A stretch of 64,000 nt of DNA, taken from positions 12,090,001 to 12,154,000 of the forward strand of contig OZ024761.1 of the NCBI GenBank assembly GCA_964016885.1, in the 5' to 3' direction. Within the stretch, counting starts at the first letter, position 1. Each line of letters begins with the position of its first letter. Shown here in pieces: positions 14,220 to 29,759 of this stretch. Below the pieces are notes generated by a model. That model ran no database searches and was not told where the DNA came from. It worked only from the letters and a program-made list of their open reading frames with translations. The DNA comes from Eledone cirrhosa. Taxonomy: Eukaryota. Made by a program: the position numbers and the translations under genes.

Positions 14220-14835
14220 CTTGCCAACAACAACAACCCTGAGCACCTTTTTGATTTCCATGTGTCTAACACAAGTGGGCATGCCTACAAAGTCATAAAA
14301 CAGCACAGCTCCCATGACTTTCAGAAACATTTTTTCACGCTCAGAGTTGCTGAAGCATGGAACAAACTACCTGCATCAGTTGTTAGCTGTCGAGACACTG
14401 CATCCTTTAAAACTTCCATGGAACAAACTACCTGCATCAGTTGTTAGCTGTCGAGACACCTTTAAAACCTCGATGCTTCCTGAGATTCACCAACACTACA
14501 CCTGATATCCCCCTCCATACACACGCACATATGTATATCATGACTCGTACACTGTTCACTTTCCTGACATTTGTATATTATTCTATGTACTATACATGCA
14601 CATTTGATGAGTTGTAGTGCACCTGAGCACTGTACACAATAATTTTCATTATTATATATATATATATATACATACATATATATATATATGTGTGTGTGTG
14701 TCTGTCTGTGTGTATATCATGACTCATACACTGTTGACGTTCCTGACATTTGTACGTTATTCTATGTATTATACATGCACCTTTGATGAGTTGTAGTGCA
14801 CCTGAGCACTGTACACAATGATTTCATTATTATTA
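14220..14835 (+). mobile_element. CR1-clade LINE 3' end with internal duplication and duplicated 3' UTR
   Basis: TSGHAYK...FFTLRVAEAWNKLP..VV...FK motif. Confidence 0.8.
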
Positions 14836-14922
14836 CTATTAAAAACTGTTAAAATGTAAAAAAAAACTAAAAGCTGCCTTAATTTCTGAACAAATTAATA
14901 TTATTCCTTTCATCTTTTTCAG

Positions 14923-15346
14923 AGCAGCTTCTTGTATGCTTTTGAGAACAGTACTGAACCTGTTGCTCAGTTGATGTATACAAGTTCCAACCATGGATTG
15001 CCAGGATCTGTTTGTACATCCGAGGGTGGATATATTGTCTATACTACGACAGCAGCACCAGGAATGGTGGGCTCTGTTACAGGCTCGTCAGGGCTGTTGC
15101 CACAGCCTCACCTACAGGAAGTAAACACGGACCACATTGACAATCACTTGGTGCATTCAAGGGCAACTTTATTAAATGGACGTATGGCTCAAAACGAATT
15201 TGATAATCCAATGGACTTGTCGAATGGTAAAGTGGTCCAGGTTATCGATATGAAAAAGGAAGACACTCGGCAGTATGACCACAATCAACCAGCACCAAAT
15301 TATCGCCATAATGGTGTTACAGTTGGTATACCAGAATCTCAACATG
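14923..15346 (+). CDS. Su(H): Coding exon, N-terminal region of Su(H)/RBPJ (CSL); contains CtBP-binding motif PMDLS (15208-15222)
   Basis: Polypyrimidine acceptor ctttcatctttttcAG, open frame SSFLYAFENS...NPMDLSNGK...PESQH, donor G|GTAAGT (phase 1) matching the phase-1 acceptor at 40987. Gene identity is inferred from PxDLS plus GSLTPPDK motifs known in protostome Su(H). Confidence 0.8.
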
Positions 15347-15394
15347 GTAAGTCACCTCTTTACTGTCTTTCTTCATAGAATCTTGTTGGTAGGT

Positions 15395-16290
15395 GTAGAA
15401 GGTAGTGATGATGTATTGGTGGTGGTGGTGGTGGTGGGGCTGGTGTTGGTGGCGCTAGTGGTGGTGGTGGTGGTGGTGGTGGTGGTGGGGCTGGTGTTGG
15501 TGGCGCTAGTGGTGGTGGTGGTGGTGGGGCTGGTGTTGGTGGCGCTAATGGTGGTGGTGGTGGTGGGGCTGGTGTTGGTGGCGCTAGTGGTGTTGGTGGT
15601 GGTGGTGGTGGTGGTGGGGCTGGTGTTGGTGGCGCTAGTGGTGTTGGTGGTGGTGGGGCTGGTGTTGGTGGCGCTAGTGGTGGTGGTGGTGGTGGGGCTG
15701 GTGTTGGTGGCGCTAGTGGTGTTGGTGGTGGTGGGGCTGGTGTTGGTGGCGCTAGTGGTGTTGGTGGTGGTGGTAGTGGTAGTATAGAAGGTAGTGATGA
15801 TGTATTGGTGGTGGTGGTGGTGGTGGTGGTGGTGTTGGTGGTGGTGGTGGTGGTGGGGCTGGTGTTGGTGGCGCTAGTGGTGTTGGTGTTGGTGGTAGTG
15901 GTAGTATAGAAGGTAGTGATGATGTATTGGTGGTGGTGGTGGCGCTAGTGGTGTTGGTGGTGGTGGTGGTGGTAGTGGTGGTAGTGGTAGTATAGAAGGT
16001 AGTGATGATGTATTGGTGGTGGTGGTGGTGTTGGTGTTGGTGGTGGTGGTGGTGGTGGGGCTGGTGTTGGTGGCGCTAGTGGTGTTGGTGGTGGTAGTGG
16101 TGGTATAGAAGGTAGTGATGATGTATTGGTGGTGGTGGTGGTGGTGGTGGTGGGGCTGGTGTTGGTGTTGGTGGTGGTGGTGGTGGTGGGGCTGGTGTTG
16201 GTGGCGCTAGTGGTGTTGGTGGTGGTGGTAGTGGTAGTATAGAAGGTAGTGATGATGTATTGGTGGTGGTGGTGGTGGTGGTGTTGGTGA
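15395..16290. repeat. (GGT)n-based minisatellite
   Basis: Units ggtggtggggctggtgttggtggcgctagt. Confidence 0.9.
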
Positions 16291-16779
16291 AATAGTCGGG
16301 CTGGACACCTGATCACGCGGTTAAACCACTGTGAGTGAAGGACCCCTAGCCTTTGTCAGGGCATTCTTCTAGGAGAAGATAACTCAGGAAACTGGGATAA
16401 CTCCGACATAAAACCTGCAGCTCAGTAGCTCCCGATGATGTTGATCTTTTCTTCTTTTCGGGTTATAGCTACTGTCACTGAGAGAGTGGGATTGGCTCAG
16501 TGCACCCATGTATATACACATATACACATCTACATATGTACATGTGTACATGTGTATATGTGTATATACATATTTACACACTTTTGGATGGCCGTTGACT
16601 CTTATGAGTTCTTCCATCCTTTGTCAGGTTTTAATTGTTGTCCTGCAGGCTGTCCGAAATCACCCCACCCCCTCACCAAGTAAACTAAGTGGGGTTGTTG
16701 GTTTAGTCACCGTCGACCCGACCATACGTCAGGTTGTACTGGGTTACATGTTACCAGTAGCACTCAAGAGTGACCCGAC

Positions 16780-16836
<57 letters not shown>

Positions 16837-16917
16837 CACATATATATATATATACACACATATATATATATATACACACATATATATATATACACACACA
16901 TATATATATACACACAC

Positions 16918-16950
<33 letters not shown>

Positions 16951-17089
16951 CACATATATATATACATATGTATATGCATATATATATACATATGTATATG
17001 CATATATATATACATATGTATATGCATATATATATACATATGTATATACATATATATATATATACATATGTATATACATATATATATAT

Positions 17090-17172
<83 letters not shown>

Positions 17173-17175
17173 CAA

Positions 17176-17224
<49 letters not shown>

Positions 17225-17227
17225 CAA

Positions 17228-17276
<49 letters not shown>

Positions 17277-17279
17277 CAA

Positions 17280-17320
<41 letters not shown>

Positions 17321-17497
17321 AATGAAAGTATAGAAATTATTGTAGCAAGAAGCCAACAGTATTCCATAATATATAAGTGACTATAGCGTCAAAATGGAAA
17401 ATAATTAACGTAAGATGTGGGAAAATAATTCAAACTCAATTAAAAAAAAATCAAGACAGATTTATCCATACAATTTTGTGAAATCCAGGGAAAAATC

Positions 17498-17609
<112 letters not shown>

Positions 17610-17622
17610 GTGTGTGTGTATG

Positions 17623-17653
<31 letters not shown>

Positions 17654-17678
17654 CTATATATATATGTGTGTATGTATG

Positions 17679-17729
<51 letters not shown>

Positions 17730-18116
17730 ATGTATATATATATATATATATACACACATATATATATATATGTTGTATTAATATGAAGACTGCGATAGTA
17801 CATACATGAGTACAACACTGGTCAAACAAAACAACAATATATATTAACAAAAGAACAAAAGAAAACTGATCTGGTTCAAGGGACATAACTCTTAAATTAC
17901 TTTGACAAATATATATATATTTTTTTTTTTCTGAAGAAATTTTGATTTTTTTAAAAATCTCTTTTATTTCCTGTTGATGTTTTTTTTTACTCTCTGTTTA
18001 TCGATCATTGAATCTGGTCATTGTTGCTGTGACAGGTTAGCACTGTATATACACCCTTATACCCTTCCTTAACATGAGCTGGATACTTTTAAGTGCTGAG
18101 AATATCGAGCTATCTT

Positions 18117-18153
<37 letters not shown>

Positions 18154-18171
18154 TTCAAATACCACTGATTC

Positions 18172-18930
18172 TTTTTTTCAAATACCACTTTGGAAGAAGA
18201 ATCAGGATGGAGAGAGAGGTGCTGTACCCCAGCAAGTTTTATGAAAGGTGGGTGAAAGTGGCGAGAATGGCCCGAATGAATGGGCCTTCTCTCTATATCA
18301 GCCTGTAGGTTGAGGAAAAGGAGGAGGAGAGGAAAGGAGTACAAACTCTTCGTACTCCTGAAGATGAGGGTTGCACATTTTTTCAGCGGTATGTGTTACC
18401 CATATTAAATGTCTCCCCCTATTGGGGAATATCGACTAATTTTTTGTAAAATGCATTTGTGATAATATTTTACACGTTTTTATTGTATGTAAACTTCCCC
18501 CTTTGTGTTTGTCCCTCTCTTTTGTGCCCCTGTGGCTAATAAAGAAACATATATATCTATCTTTCTTTAAGTATCACTTTAGAAGGAGAATCAGAGTGGA
18601 GAGAGAGGCACTGCACCCCAGTAAGTTTACTGAAAGGTGGGTGAATGAAGCGAAAATGGCCCGAGTGATTGGGCCTTCTCTGTTTATAAGCCTGTAGGTT
18701 GAAGAAGAAAGCAAAGGGAAGAAAGGAGCACTTGCACAACACGCTCCTCGAGTTGAGGGTTGTTCTATCGACGGGGTATTAAACAACCCATTTGTGGTGC
18801 CTCCCCCTATTGGGGATTTTGATTGTTAAATTTGTTTGTTTCAATATTTTTACAAGACTGTATGTAAAATCCCTGGCATTTGTCTTTTTATTGTCCCCTT
18901 TTCTTGTGCGCCCTTGTGGCTAATAAAGAA
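18172..18930 (+). mobile_element. Two tandem 3' ends of a probable L1/Tx1-like LINE
   Basis: Two diverged copies (18172-18545, 18563-18930) encoding FFKYHF.RRIR.ERE.L.PSKF.ERWV...ISL*, each ending gctaataaagaa. Confidence 0.55.
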
Positions 18931-20198
18931 ATATATATCTCTCTCTCTATCTGTCTATCTATCTATCTCTCTCTCTGTTGTCTCTCCCTTTCACATACAC
19001 ACACACACACATACACATATAAATACAAATACATGCACACACATATATACACACACACACACACACATACAAACACAAACACACAAACACACAAACACAA
19101 ACATACACTCAAACACAGACAAACACACACATATAAAGAAAAACATGTGTGCACACACATATACACACACATACACACACATACACACACTGACACACAT
19201 ACACACTGACACACATACACAATCACACATACTCACACACTGACACACATACACACACTCACACACACTGACACAAACACACAACTTACACACTGACACA
19301 CACATACACACTGACACACATACACACACACACACACACACCCTGACATACATATCCGCGCACACACACACACATACACACTCACACATACACACATATG
19401 TCCACACACACTAACACACACTCACACATATATTCACACTCACACATCCACACACATATATCCACACATATATTCACACACGTCTGCACACATATATCCA
19501 CACACACTCACACATATATCCACACACATATATCCACACACATATATCCGCACACATATATCCGCACACATATATCCGCACACATATATCCACACACATA
19601 TATCCACACACATATATCCACACACATATCCACACACACATATAACCACACACACACACATATATCCACACACATATATATCCACACACATATATCCACA
19701 CACATATATCCACACACACATATCCACACACATATATCCACACACATATATCCACACACATATATATCCACACACATATATCCACACATATATCCACACA
19801 CACATATATCCACACACATATATCCACACACACATATATCCACACACACATATAACCACACACACACACATATATCCACACACATATATATCCACACACA
19901 TATATCCACACACACATATATCCACACACACACACATATAACCACACACATATATCCACACATATATATCAGTTATTCAGTATCTCAGCAAGTCTTTCAT
20001 CTCCGTGTGATCTCCATCATTTCTTCAGACTTGTATCAAATATCTGGAGGGGTTGTTGGCAATTCCTTGTTGACCCCTAAAACCCCTCCCAATACTCAAA
20101 ATTTTAACATCAATCACTGAGTTTGGGAAAAAACGTTTTGAATAGAAATCTTCTCTTTCTATTTTTTCTCTCTAATTATCTTCATTTATTTCTTTATT

Positions 20199-20236
<38 letters not shown>

Positions 20237-20244
20237 GGGAATCA

Positions 20245-21340
20245 CATGATTGGATGATCAAACTCGTTTTGAAACACGAAACCATCAAAAGATACTCCAT
20301 TACAAAAGATGCACAAAGATACAGTAATGGACTACAAATTTCAGAAGTCCCATTTACTGCTGAAATGGAAAACACAGAAAAAGCAAAGCAGGTAAAAGTA
20401 GCTACAAAGAAAGAACTGCTACAGAAACTGGCTAAGAAATGGCAAGAAAAGCCTCTGTTTGGAAAATCCCCAGAAAGGGCTAACAATCCTGATGATGACA
20501 AAACTTTAACCCATCAGTGGTGGCATCCTCTGGACTGAAATCAGAGACTGAAGGACTGATTATATCAGCACAAGATCAGTGTCTGCCAACAAAAATTTAC
20601 CAAGCCAACATAATAAAAAATGGATGCAACCCATTATGCCGTGTATGTAAAAAACAACCAGAGACCATTGATCATATAATTTCAATGTGCAGTCCTAGCG
20701 CTCCAACCGAATACCTAAACAGGCTCGACACTGCTGCACAATACATACATTGGATAATGTGTAAGCATTTTGACCTGCCCTATCAAAAGAATTGGTGGGA
20801 GCATCAACCACCTCCCATACTTGAAAAAGATCACATCTCAATCTTGTGGAACTTTAGCATCCAAACAGACCAAAAAATAGATGCAAATAGACCTGATATA
20901 ATACTGAAGGACTTTAAAAAGAGGGTATGCCTGCTAATTGATATGTCCGTTCCAAAAGACAAGAATGTATATATAAAAACATTTGAAAAATTGAGCAAGT
21001 ATAAAGACCTGGAGATAGAAATTGGAAAAATGTGGAAATTGAGAACTAAAACAATACCAGTGGTTGTAGGCGCTCTGGGAATGATACCTAAGGGGTCTAA
21101 TGATTACTTATCCCAAATCCCAGGAAACCCGCGTATAGGAGAAATACAAAAGATAGTACTAATGGGAACTGCCCATATACTAAGGAAGATTCTGTCAATA
21201 TAAGTACATCACAAGTCTAAACACCTAAAGATGCATGTGTGAGTATGTATGTTCTTTCTTGAACATGGCGGACCTTGTTGTCTCTTGAGGTCACTGGTTG
21301 TGACTTGGTGATAACTCGTATGAACATAAAGCAAGATAAA
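20245..21340 (+). mobile_element. R4/Dong-like RLE retrotransposon 3' fragment (frameshifted) next to (AAT)n
   Basis: ETEG.I..AQDQ, CRVC....ET..HI...C, RPDI, LIDMSVP, K..KY.DL. Confidence 0.85.
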
Positions 21341-21404
21341 TGCAATAAGTTGGAATTCCTTTTATTAAAATAATCTTCTATACACAATCATACACACCCG
21401 TGTA

Positions 21405-21465
<61 letters not shown>

Positions 21466-21754
21466 TCTTATCTATTGTCCACAATCTTATCTGCCGTCTT
21501 CTTCTCCCTCTTTCTATCTATTGTTGTCTGCTTGTTATAGTCACATATGGTGATACAATCCCTTAGTTTTCTTCTTCTTCTTCTCTAATCTACAATACCT
21601 GTCTTATTTGAAATATATATTTTAATGATAGGACCAGGTAAATAATTGAAGCAGGTGAGACATGGGACTTTGGATGTACAGCTACCTTTTACTTAACGAG
21701 TGCTCTTCAATTTCTTTGCATATTTAGCTGATATATACTTTTAGAATTTCTTCA

Positions 21755-22095
21755 CATTGGCAGTATCGGTAGAGGGTCGGACGCCATGCTTTGCAGCATA
21801 GAGTTACGGCCCTTTGTGGTCTGAGTTCAAATCCCGCGCCGAGGTTATAACTTTGCCTTTCATCCTTATGGGGTCGATAAAATAAAGTACCAGTAATACA
21901 CTAGGTTAATTGCTGGCCTTGTGCCAAAAGTAGAAACAGTTATGTTGTTATTGTATAAACGTGGTGGACAGGCCAGAATTGGGAGAGCGTCCGACGTCGT
22001 GCTTTGTAGTATTTAGTTGCGGCCCTTTATGTTCTGAGGTTAAATTTGTCTTCCATCTTTCCAAGGGTCGATAAAAGATAGTACCAATGAAGCAT
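21755..22095 (+). mobile_element. Two SINE family 1 copies
   Basis: Core ccttatggggtcgataaaataaagtacc. Confidence 0.75.
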
Positions 22096-22236
22096 GGTTT
22101 GGGTGGGGTGGTGGTGGGCATGGCAGATTTACCACTGTGCTTAGGTGTGCTTAAGCACAGGTACCCCATTGGCCAGGGGGTAGGGCATCTTCCTGCCAAA
22201 GAAATTTTTTATTCTTTCAGGGTCCAAATAAGAGGT

Positions 22237-22630
22237 CTCATAACTTAACTAGTACAGGACCTCATAACTTAACTAACACACGTCCTCATAACTTAACTAG
22301 TACAAGGCCTCATAACTTAACTAGTACAAGGCCTCATAACTTAACTAGTACAGGACCTCATAACATAACTAGTACAGGACCTCATAACTTAACTAGTACA
22401 GGGCCTCATAACTTAACTAGTACAGGGTCTCATAACTTAACTAACACACGTCCTCATAACTTAACTAGTACAAGGCCTCATCACTTAACTAGTACAGGAC
22501 TTCATAACTTAACTAGTTCAGGACCTCATAACTTAACTAGTATGGGGCCCTCATAACTTAACTAGTACAGGATCTCATAACTTAACTATTACAGGACCTC
22601 ATAACTTAACTAACACAGGGCCTCATAACC
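22237..22630. repeat. 24-bp minisatellite (~16 units)
   Basis: ctcataacttaactagtacaggac. Confidence 0.95.
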
Positions 22631-22956
22631 TCCAGATCTGGAGACCCATCCCACTCTTGCAAGCAGGGAAAAGCGGACGTAAAATGATGATGATAATATA
22701 ATATATAATATATAATATATGATATAATATAATATAATATAATATAATATAATTGTTTCTACTTTAGGCACAAGGCCAGCAATGACCCAGTGCATTACTG
22801 GTACTTTATTTTATCAACCCCATAATATAATATAATATAATATAATATGATATGGGTAAGATTATTAAATGACAAAAATTGTCAAATTGCCGAAAATCTA
22901 CTTGTTTGGGTCATGGCTCATTATTTCATCTTTCTGGTTGAGTGACCACAAATATA

Positions 22957-23785
22957 TGTTGTTGTTGGTGTTGTTGGTAGTGTTGGTGGTGTTAGTGGTG
23001 TTGGTGTTGGTGGTGTTGTTGTTGGTAGTGTTGGTGGTGTTGTTGTTGATGTTGTTGGTAGTGTTGGTGTTGTTGTTGCTGGTAGTGTTAGTGGTGTTGG
23101 TGTTGTTGGTAGTGTTGGTGGTGTTGTTGATGTTGTTGGTAGTGTTGGTGTTGTTGTTGTTGGTAGTGTTAGTGGTGTTGGTGTTGGTGGTGGTAGTGTT
23201 GGTGTTGTTGGTAGTGTTAGTGGTGTTGGTGTTGGTGGTGTTGGTGTTGGTGTTGTTGGTGTTGTTGGTAGTGTTAGTGGTGTTGTTGTTGGTGGTGGTG
23301 GTGGTGGTAGTGTTGGTGTTGTTGGTAGTGTTAGTGGTGTTGGTGTTGGTGGTGGTGGTGGTAGTGTTGGTGTTGGTGTTGGTGGTGGTAGTGTTGGTGT
23401 TGTTTGTAGTGTTAGTGGTGTTGGTGGTGGTGGTGGTGGTAGTGTTGGTGTTGGTGGTGTTGGTGTTGGTGGTGGTAGTGTTGGTGTTGTTGTTAGTGGT
23501 GTTGGTAGTGTTAGTGGTGTTGGTGTTGGTGGTGGTAGTGTTGTTGGTATCAGTGTTGTAGATGTTGGTGTTGTTGTTAGTGGTGGTGTTGGTGTTGGTG
23601 TTGGTGTTGGTGGTTGTGTTGTTGGTGGTGGTGTTGTTCATGCTGTTGTTGTTGTTATCAGGCCTGGCAGCACTCTATATGTACATTATCTTTGTCTTGC
23701 TCTTCTTATCAGCTGTGGGAAAATTGTGGAGTTGTCCAGATGTCTTAATTCACATATTGACAGCCAGCTAGTAAAATCTGAGGCA

Positions 23786-23816
<31 letters not shown>

Positions 23817-23893
23817 TTTGCTCTGCCTTCTCTTGTCTGTCTCTCTCTGTCTGTCTCTCTCTCTCTCTCTTTTGCTCTGCCTTCTCTTGTCTG

Positions 23894-23926
<33 letters not shown>

Positions 23927-23943
23927 TGCTCTGCCTTCTCTTG

Positions 23944-23982
<39 letters not shown>

Positions 23983-24041
23983 TGCTCTGCCTTCTCTTGT
24001 CTGTCTCTCTCTCTCTCTCTCTCTTTTGCTCTGCCTTCTCT

Positions 24042-24072
<31 letters not shown>

Positions 24073-24167
24073 TTTGCTCTGCCTTCTCTTGTCTGTCTGT
24101 CTCTCTCTCTCTCTCTTTTGCTCTGCCTTCTCTTGTCTGTCTCTCTCTCTTTTGCTCTGCCTTCTCT

Positions 24168-24236
<69 letters not shown>

Positions 24237-24745
24237 CCTTTTCTTAGAGAGAAGACAGAAAAATCGAAATCTTAGGAAATCTTTGAGAAAGAAAGGTTGT
24301 TGGAAAAAGAAAGAAAGAGCAGTAACAAACACTATCAGTAGTAGTAGTGGTGGTGGTAGTAGTAGCAGCAGCAGCAGCAGCAGGAGCAGCAGCAGTAGTA
24401 GTAGTGGTGGTAGTAGTAGCAGCAGCAGCAGCAGGAGCAGCAGTAGTAGTAGTGGTGGTAGTAGTAGTAATAGTAGTAGTAGTGGTAGTAGAGGTGGTGG
24501 TAGTAGTAGTGGTGTTAGTAGCAGCAGCAGTAGTACTAGTGGTAGTAGTAGTAGTAGCAACAGCAGCAATAGTAGTAGTAGTGGTAGTGGTAGTAGTAGT
24601 AGTGGTAGTAGTGGTAGTGGTAGTAGTGGTAGTAGTAGTAGTGGTAGTAGTAGTAGTAGTAGTATATTAACATTAACTACTCTGCAAAAAGCTAAAAAAG
24701 AGTCAACAACAACAACAACAGCAACAACAACAGCAGCAATGATGG
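22957..24745. repeat. Compound (GTT/GGT)n, CT-rich minisatellite and (AGT/AGC)n arrays
   Basis: Direct observation. Confidence 0.9.
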
Positions 24746-25105
24746 TGGAGCAGAGTTTAGGTTGTGTGTTTGAAGATTTTACACATTACATGATTGAAGG
24801 TAACCCACTCTTCCTTGTAGTAACTCCTTCCTCTTCATTGACATATGTGGCTATATATATATATACATACATACACACACATCTATCTATATATATATAC
24901 ACATCTATCTATCTATCTATATATATATATATATATATATATAAGTATATACACACAGACATCTATATATATATATATATACACACACAGACATCTATAT
25001 ATATATATATATACACATCTATCTATATATATATATATTTATATACACACACACACATCTATCTATATCTATATATATATATATACATACACACACATCT
25101 ATCTA

Positions 25106-25133
<28 letters not shown>

Positions 25134-25139
<6 letters not shown>

Positions 25140-25420
25140 ATATTAACAAATGGAAACTATATTTATAAAACCATATTTATTTCATTATACATATTACAAG
25201 GGCCACCAAGGCAAACTATGGTGCGCTTTCATCAGATAAAATATAATATAGGTTAGTTTTATAAATAAATATTGACATACCCTTAAAAAATGCAACCATT
25301 CTGGTTGGAGTCTCCTGGATAGTTGATATATTGTATCCAATTAGCTGTTGAGTGCTTTATATCAGTTATAAAAATATTTTGCTTGTTGTATCCCAACAAA
25401 TTAAATATAACCTCTGTCTA
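25134..25420. mobile_element. Family A element; minus-strand hammerhead with GAAA changed to GUAA
   Basis: Family A arm plus ctttcatcagataaaata. Confidence 0.75.
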
Positions 25421-25429
25421 TATATATAT

Positions 25430-26198
25430 ATACACACATCTATCTTATATATATATACACACACATCTATCTTATATATATATATACACACATCTATCTT
25501 ATATATATATATACACACATCTATCTTATATATATATATACACACATTGATGATGATGACATCTATCTTATATATATATATACACACATCTATCTTATAT
25601 ATATATATACACACATCTATCTTATATATATATATACACACATCTATCTTATATATATATATACACACATCTATCTTATATATATATACACACACATCTA
25701 TCTTATATATATATATATACACATCTATCTTATATATATATATATACACATCTATCTTATATATATATATATACACATCTATCTTATATATATATATATA
25801 CACATCTATCTTATATATATATACACACACATCTATCTTATATATATATATACACACATCTATCTTATATATATATATACACACATCTATCTTATATATA
25901 TATATACACACATCTATCTTATATATATATATACACACATCTATCTTATATATATATATACACACATCTATCTTATATATATATATACACATCTATCTTA
26001 TATATATATACACACACATCTACCTTATATATATATATACACACATCTATCTTATATATATATATACACACATCTATCTTATATATATATACACACACAT
26101 CTATCTTATATATATATATACACATCTATCTTATATATATATATACACACATCTATCTTATATATATATATACACACATCTATCTTATATATATACAC
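25430..26198. repeat. ~26-bp minisatellite
   Basis: acacatctatctta(ta)n units. Confidence 0.9.
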
Positions 26199-26450
26199 AT
26201 CCTTGCAAACAGGGAAAAGCGAACATAAAATGATGTTGATGATGATCTGTATATACATACATATATATATATACATATATATATATATACATATATATAT
26301 ACATACACACACACACATATACATATATATACATACACACATATATACATACACACACACACACACACACACACGCATATCTATATATATATATATGCAC
26401 CCACACACACATATATATATATACACACACACACACACATATATATATAT

Positions 26451-26498
<48 letters not shown>

Positions 26499-26499
26499 T

Positions 26500-26540
<41 letters not shown>

Positions 26541-26614
26541 TATATATACATACACATCTCTCTCTCTATTAAGTAACCAGTTGCAATTTATAAACAATGA
26601 CTGATATAAACTTA

Positions 26615-26723
<109 letters not shown>

Positions 26724-26753
26724 GGAGACTCGTATATATATATACACACACAA

Positions 26754-26787
<34 letters not shown>

Positions 26788-26870
26788 CTCTCTATCTCTC
26801 TCTCTCTCTATATATATATAGATATATCTATATAGACTTAAGAAGAGAAGAAATGTATGTATATGTGTGT

Positions 26871-26923
<53 letters not shown>

Positions 26924-27049
26924 TCTCACACTCTCTCTCACTCTCTCTCACACTCTCTCTCTCTCTCTCTCTCTAGAGAGACATACATATATTTCCCCTC
27001 TTCTTAAGTCTATATCGTATGGTTTCTCTCCACCTTTCTCTGCATCTAT

Positions 27050-27420
27050 CTGCTGCGCGAGATGACGCTCACACTGCGCCGAACTGGTGCGTACTCTATA
27101 CACCACACATACACGCATTCATATGCACATATACATGCAGACAGTTGGTGCATGCGCACACCGTTGGATAGACTGAAGACATATAAGTCTCTAATTAGAA
27201 AGAAAAAAACAAAAAAAACAAAAATACCCCTGAAAAGTTGGTCTCCCAGAAAACCCTTTTTTTCTGTGTGTAGAATATAGTTTAGGTGTTGGTGGGATGT
27301 TTGCAGCAATGGTGTGGTTCCACCAGTGAAATGTTGCTGTGAAAACAGACTGAAAAGGACTTGAGAATGGGCAGCGCTTGATAGAGGTGAACATCTGGCT
27401 GTGGTTCTAAGAGAATATTT
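27050..27420. promoter_or_regulatory. Unique-sequence island, possible promoter or enhancer
   Basis: CpG-containing non-repetitive block between (CT)n tracts with CRE-like ATGACG and NRF1-like GCATGCGCA motifs. Confidence 0.25.
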
Positions 27421-27474
27421 CCTCCTGGCATATTCTATTGCTCCTCGCATATATCTATCTATAGCACCTATCTA

Positions 27475-27578
<104 letters not shown>

Positions 27579-27692
27579 GCTATCTATCGCCACCTATCTC
27601 AATATATATATCTATGTACACCTATCTCTCTATCTCTCTCTTTCTATATATATATATATATATCTATTTATCTATCCATCTATCTGCACCCA

Positions 27693-27725
<33 letters not shown>

Positions 27726-27866
27726 GTGTATATATATATCTATATATATATAACATGTACACACATACATACACCTTTCTATCTCTCTCATTGCTGTCTC
27801 TCTATCTATCTATCTCATTGCCCTGCTTCCATCTACCTACCTCTCTCTCTCTCTCTCATTGCCATG

Positions 27867-27923
<57 letters not shown>

Positions 27924-28403
27924 CTCCCCGATTGCCATGTTCTCATCTATACATTGATCTTAAGTGCCGTCACCTTCTCTCAGCTGCAAATTTTCTCAGT
28001 TAAACCAGTCGACTAATGTGCAAATATCTACATAATCGACCTACGATGTCATCATATACATACATATATATATAAGGAGATGGCGCTTGTGGTCAGCTGG
28101 AAAAAGGTTCACTTTTATTTTCAATATTTCATCTTAACTCTGTATGTAACAGTTATCTCTCTGCTGTACACTCTCACAGCCATGTTGAATTTCTCTGGTT
28201 CTTACATATTGGCTGTCTTCTTGTTGTTTCTTGATCATTTCTTTCCTTCTAATCAATTCTATCTATCTATCTATATATCTCTCTCTCTCTTTCTTTCTCT
28301 CTCTTTCTTTCTCTCTCTCTCTATATATATATATATGCACCTATTTATCTATTTATCTATCTGCACCCATCTCGCTCTCTATCTCTCTCGCTCTCTACAT
28401 ATA

Positions 28404-28475
<72 letters not shown>

Positions 28476-28476
<1 letters not shown>

Positions 28477-28844
28477 GAAGTTCTATTTAAATTGTTGGGA
28501 TACAACAAGCAAAATATTTTTATAACTGATATAAAGCACTCAACAAATTATTGGAGTAAACATACAATATATTAACAAATGGAAACTATATTTATAAAAC
28601 CATATTTATTTCATTATACATATTTCAAGGACATAGACTAAATAAATTTAATAACCCCATTATCCGGGTGCTTCCAACAGAAAGTGTCGCATTCTTTAAG
28701 GGTATGTCAATATTTATTTATAAAACTGATCTATATTATATTTTATCTGATGAAAGCACACCATAATTTAACTTGGTGTCCTTGAAATATGTATAATTAA
28801 ATAAATATGGTTTTATAAATATAGTTTCCATTTGTTAATATATC

Positions 28845-28847
<3 letters not shown>
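28476..28847. mobile_element. Family A foldback element with + strand hammerhead (28739-28803)
   Basis: CUGAUGA-AAGCACACCA..UGGUGUCCUU-GAAA; inverted arms. Confidence 0.8.
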
Positions 28848-28904
<57 letters not shown>

Positions 28905-28997
28905 ATTAGTCTATCTACACACACCTTTCTAATTACAGTAATTAACTTGATTTAATTAATTTCCCTGATTTAATGATTAAAAAAATACTTTATATAC

Positions 28998-29028
<31 letters not shown>

Positions 29029-29064
29029 TATATATATATATATACATATATATAAATATTTAAT

Positions 29065-29452
29065 ATAGAAATGGGTTCTACAGGACTAGAACTGTTTCAT
29101 TCGGGAGAAGCCATTTCTATATTAAATATTTATACTCTGCTATGTATTGAGTACTTTACTTACTGTGGTTACCCCCTGATTGAACCTGGGATAAATACAT
29201 ATAAATATGTATATATATCTGTGTGTATATACGTGTGTGTGTGTGTGTTGTGGTTAAAAATGGTTTTCTGAAAAGAAACTGAAAGGTTCCCCACTCAGAT
29301 AAGGGACTCACAACATTAATAGAGAGGGTAGACATTTATTCCCTATAGAAATAACTTCTACATGACTAAAACTGTTTCATTTGTTTTGAAATCTCCAGGA
29401 CTTTCAAGATTATTTCAAATAAATGAAACAGTTCTTATCCTGTAGAAGTTAT
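29065..29452. mobile_element. Family H degenerate copies, including small palindrome 29351-29452
   Basis: Homologous to 39905-40040 (gaaacagttct..tcctgtagaa). Confidence 0.6.
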
Positions 29453-29472
29453 ATATATATGTATATGTATAT

Positions 29473-29506
<34 letters not shown>

Positions 29507-29759
29507 ATATTATAGTTAAAACAGAAAACAAACCGAAGAGTGTAGTATGTATATGTATATATAAATGAACAGATACATATTTGTCACAAATAATTTCTTG
29601 TATATTTGACATATACACAAACAGACCATATATATATATATATATATATATACACAATGTTGATACAGCCAGACACATTTAAACACTATCGCAAACAATA
29701 TATACACCATTCCACTATATGTATATATATATATATATATATATTTCATTTTTTTTTTT

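Noticed and set aside
22237-22630. CRISPR-like regular repeats (also 8419-8620)
   Set aside because: Head-to-tail units with no unique spacers, in a eukaryotic context.
23785-25146. 453-aa ORF with Ser-rich and basic segments
   Set aside because: It reads through compound microsatellites; no support as an exon.
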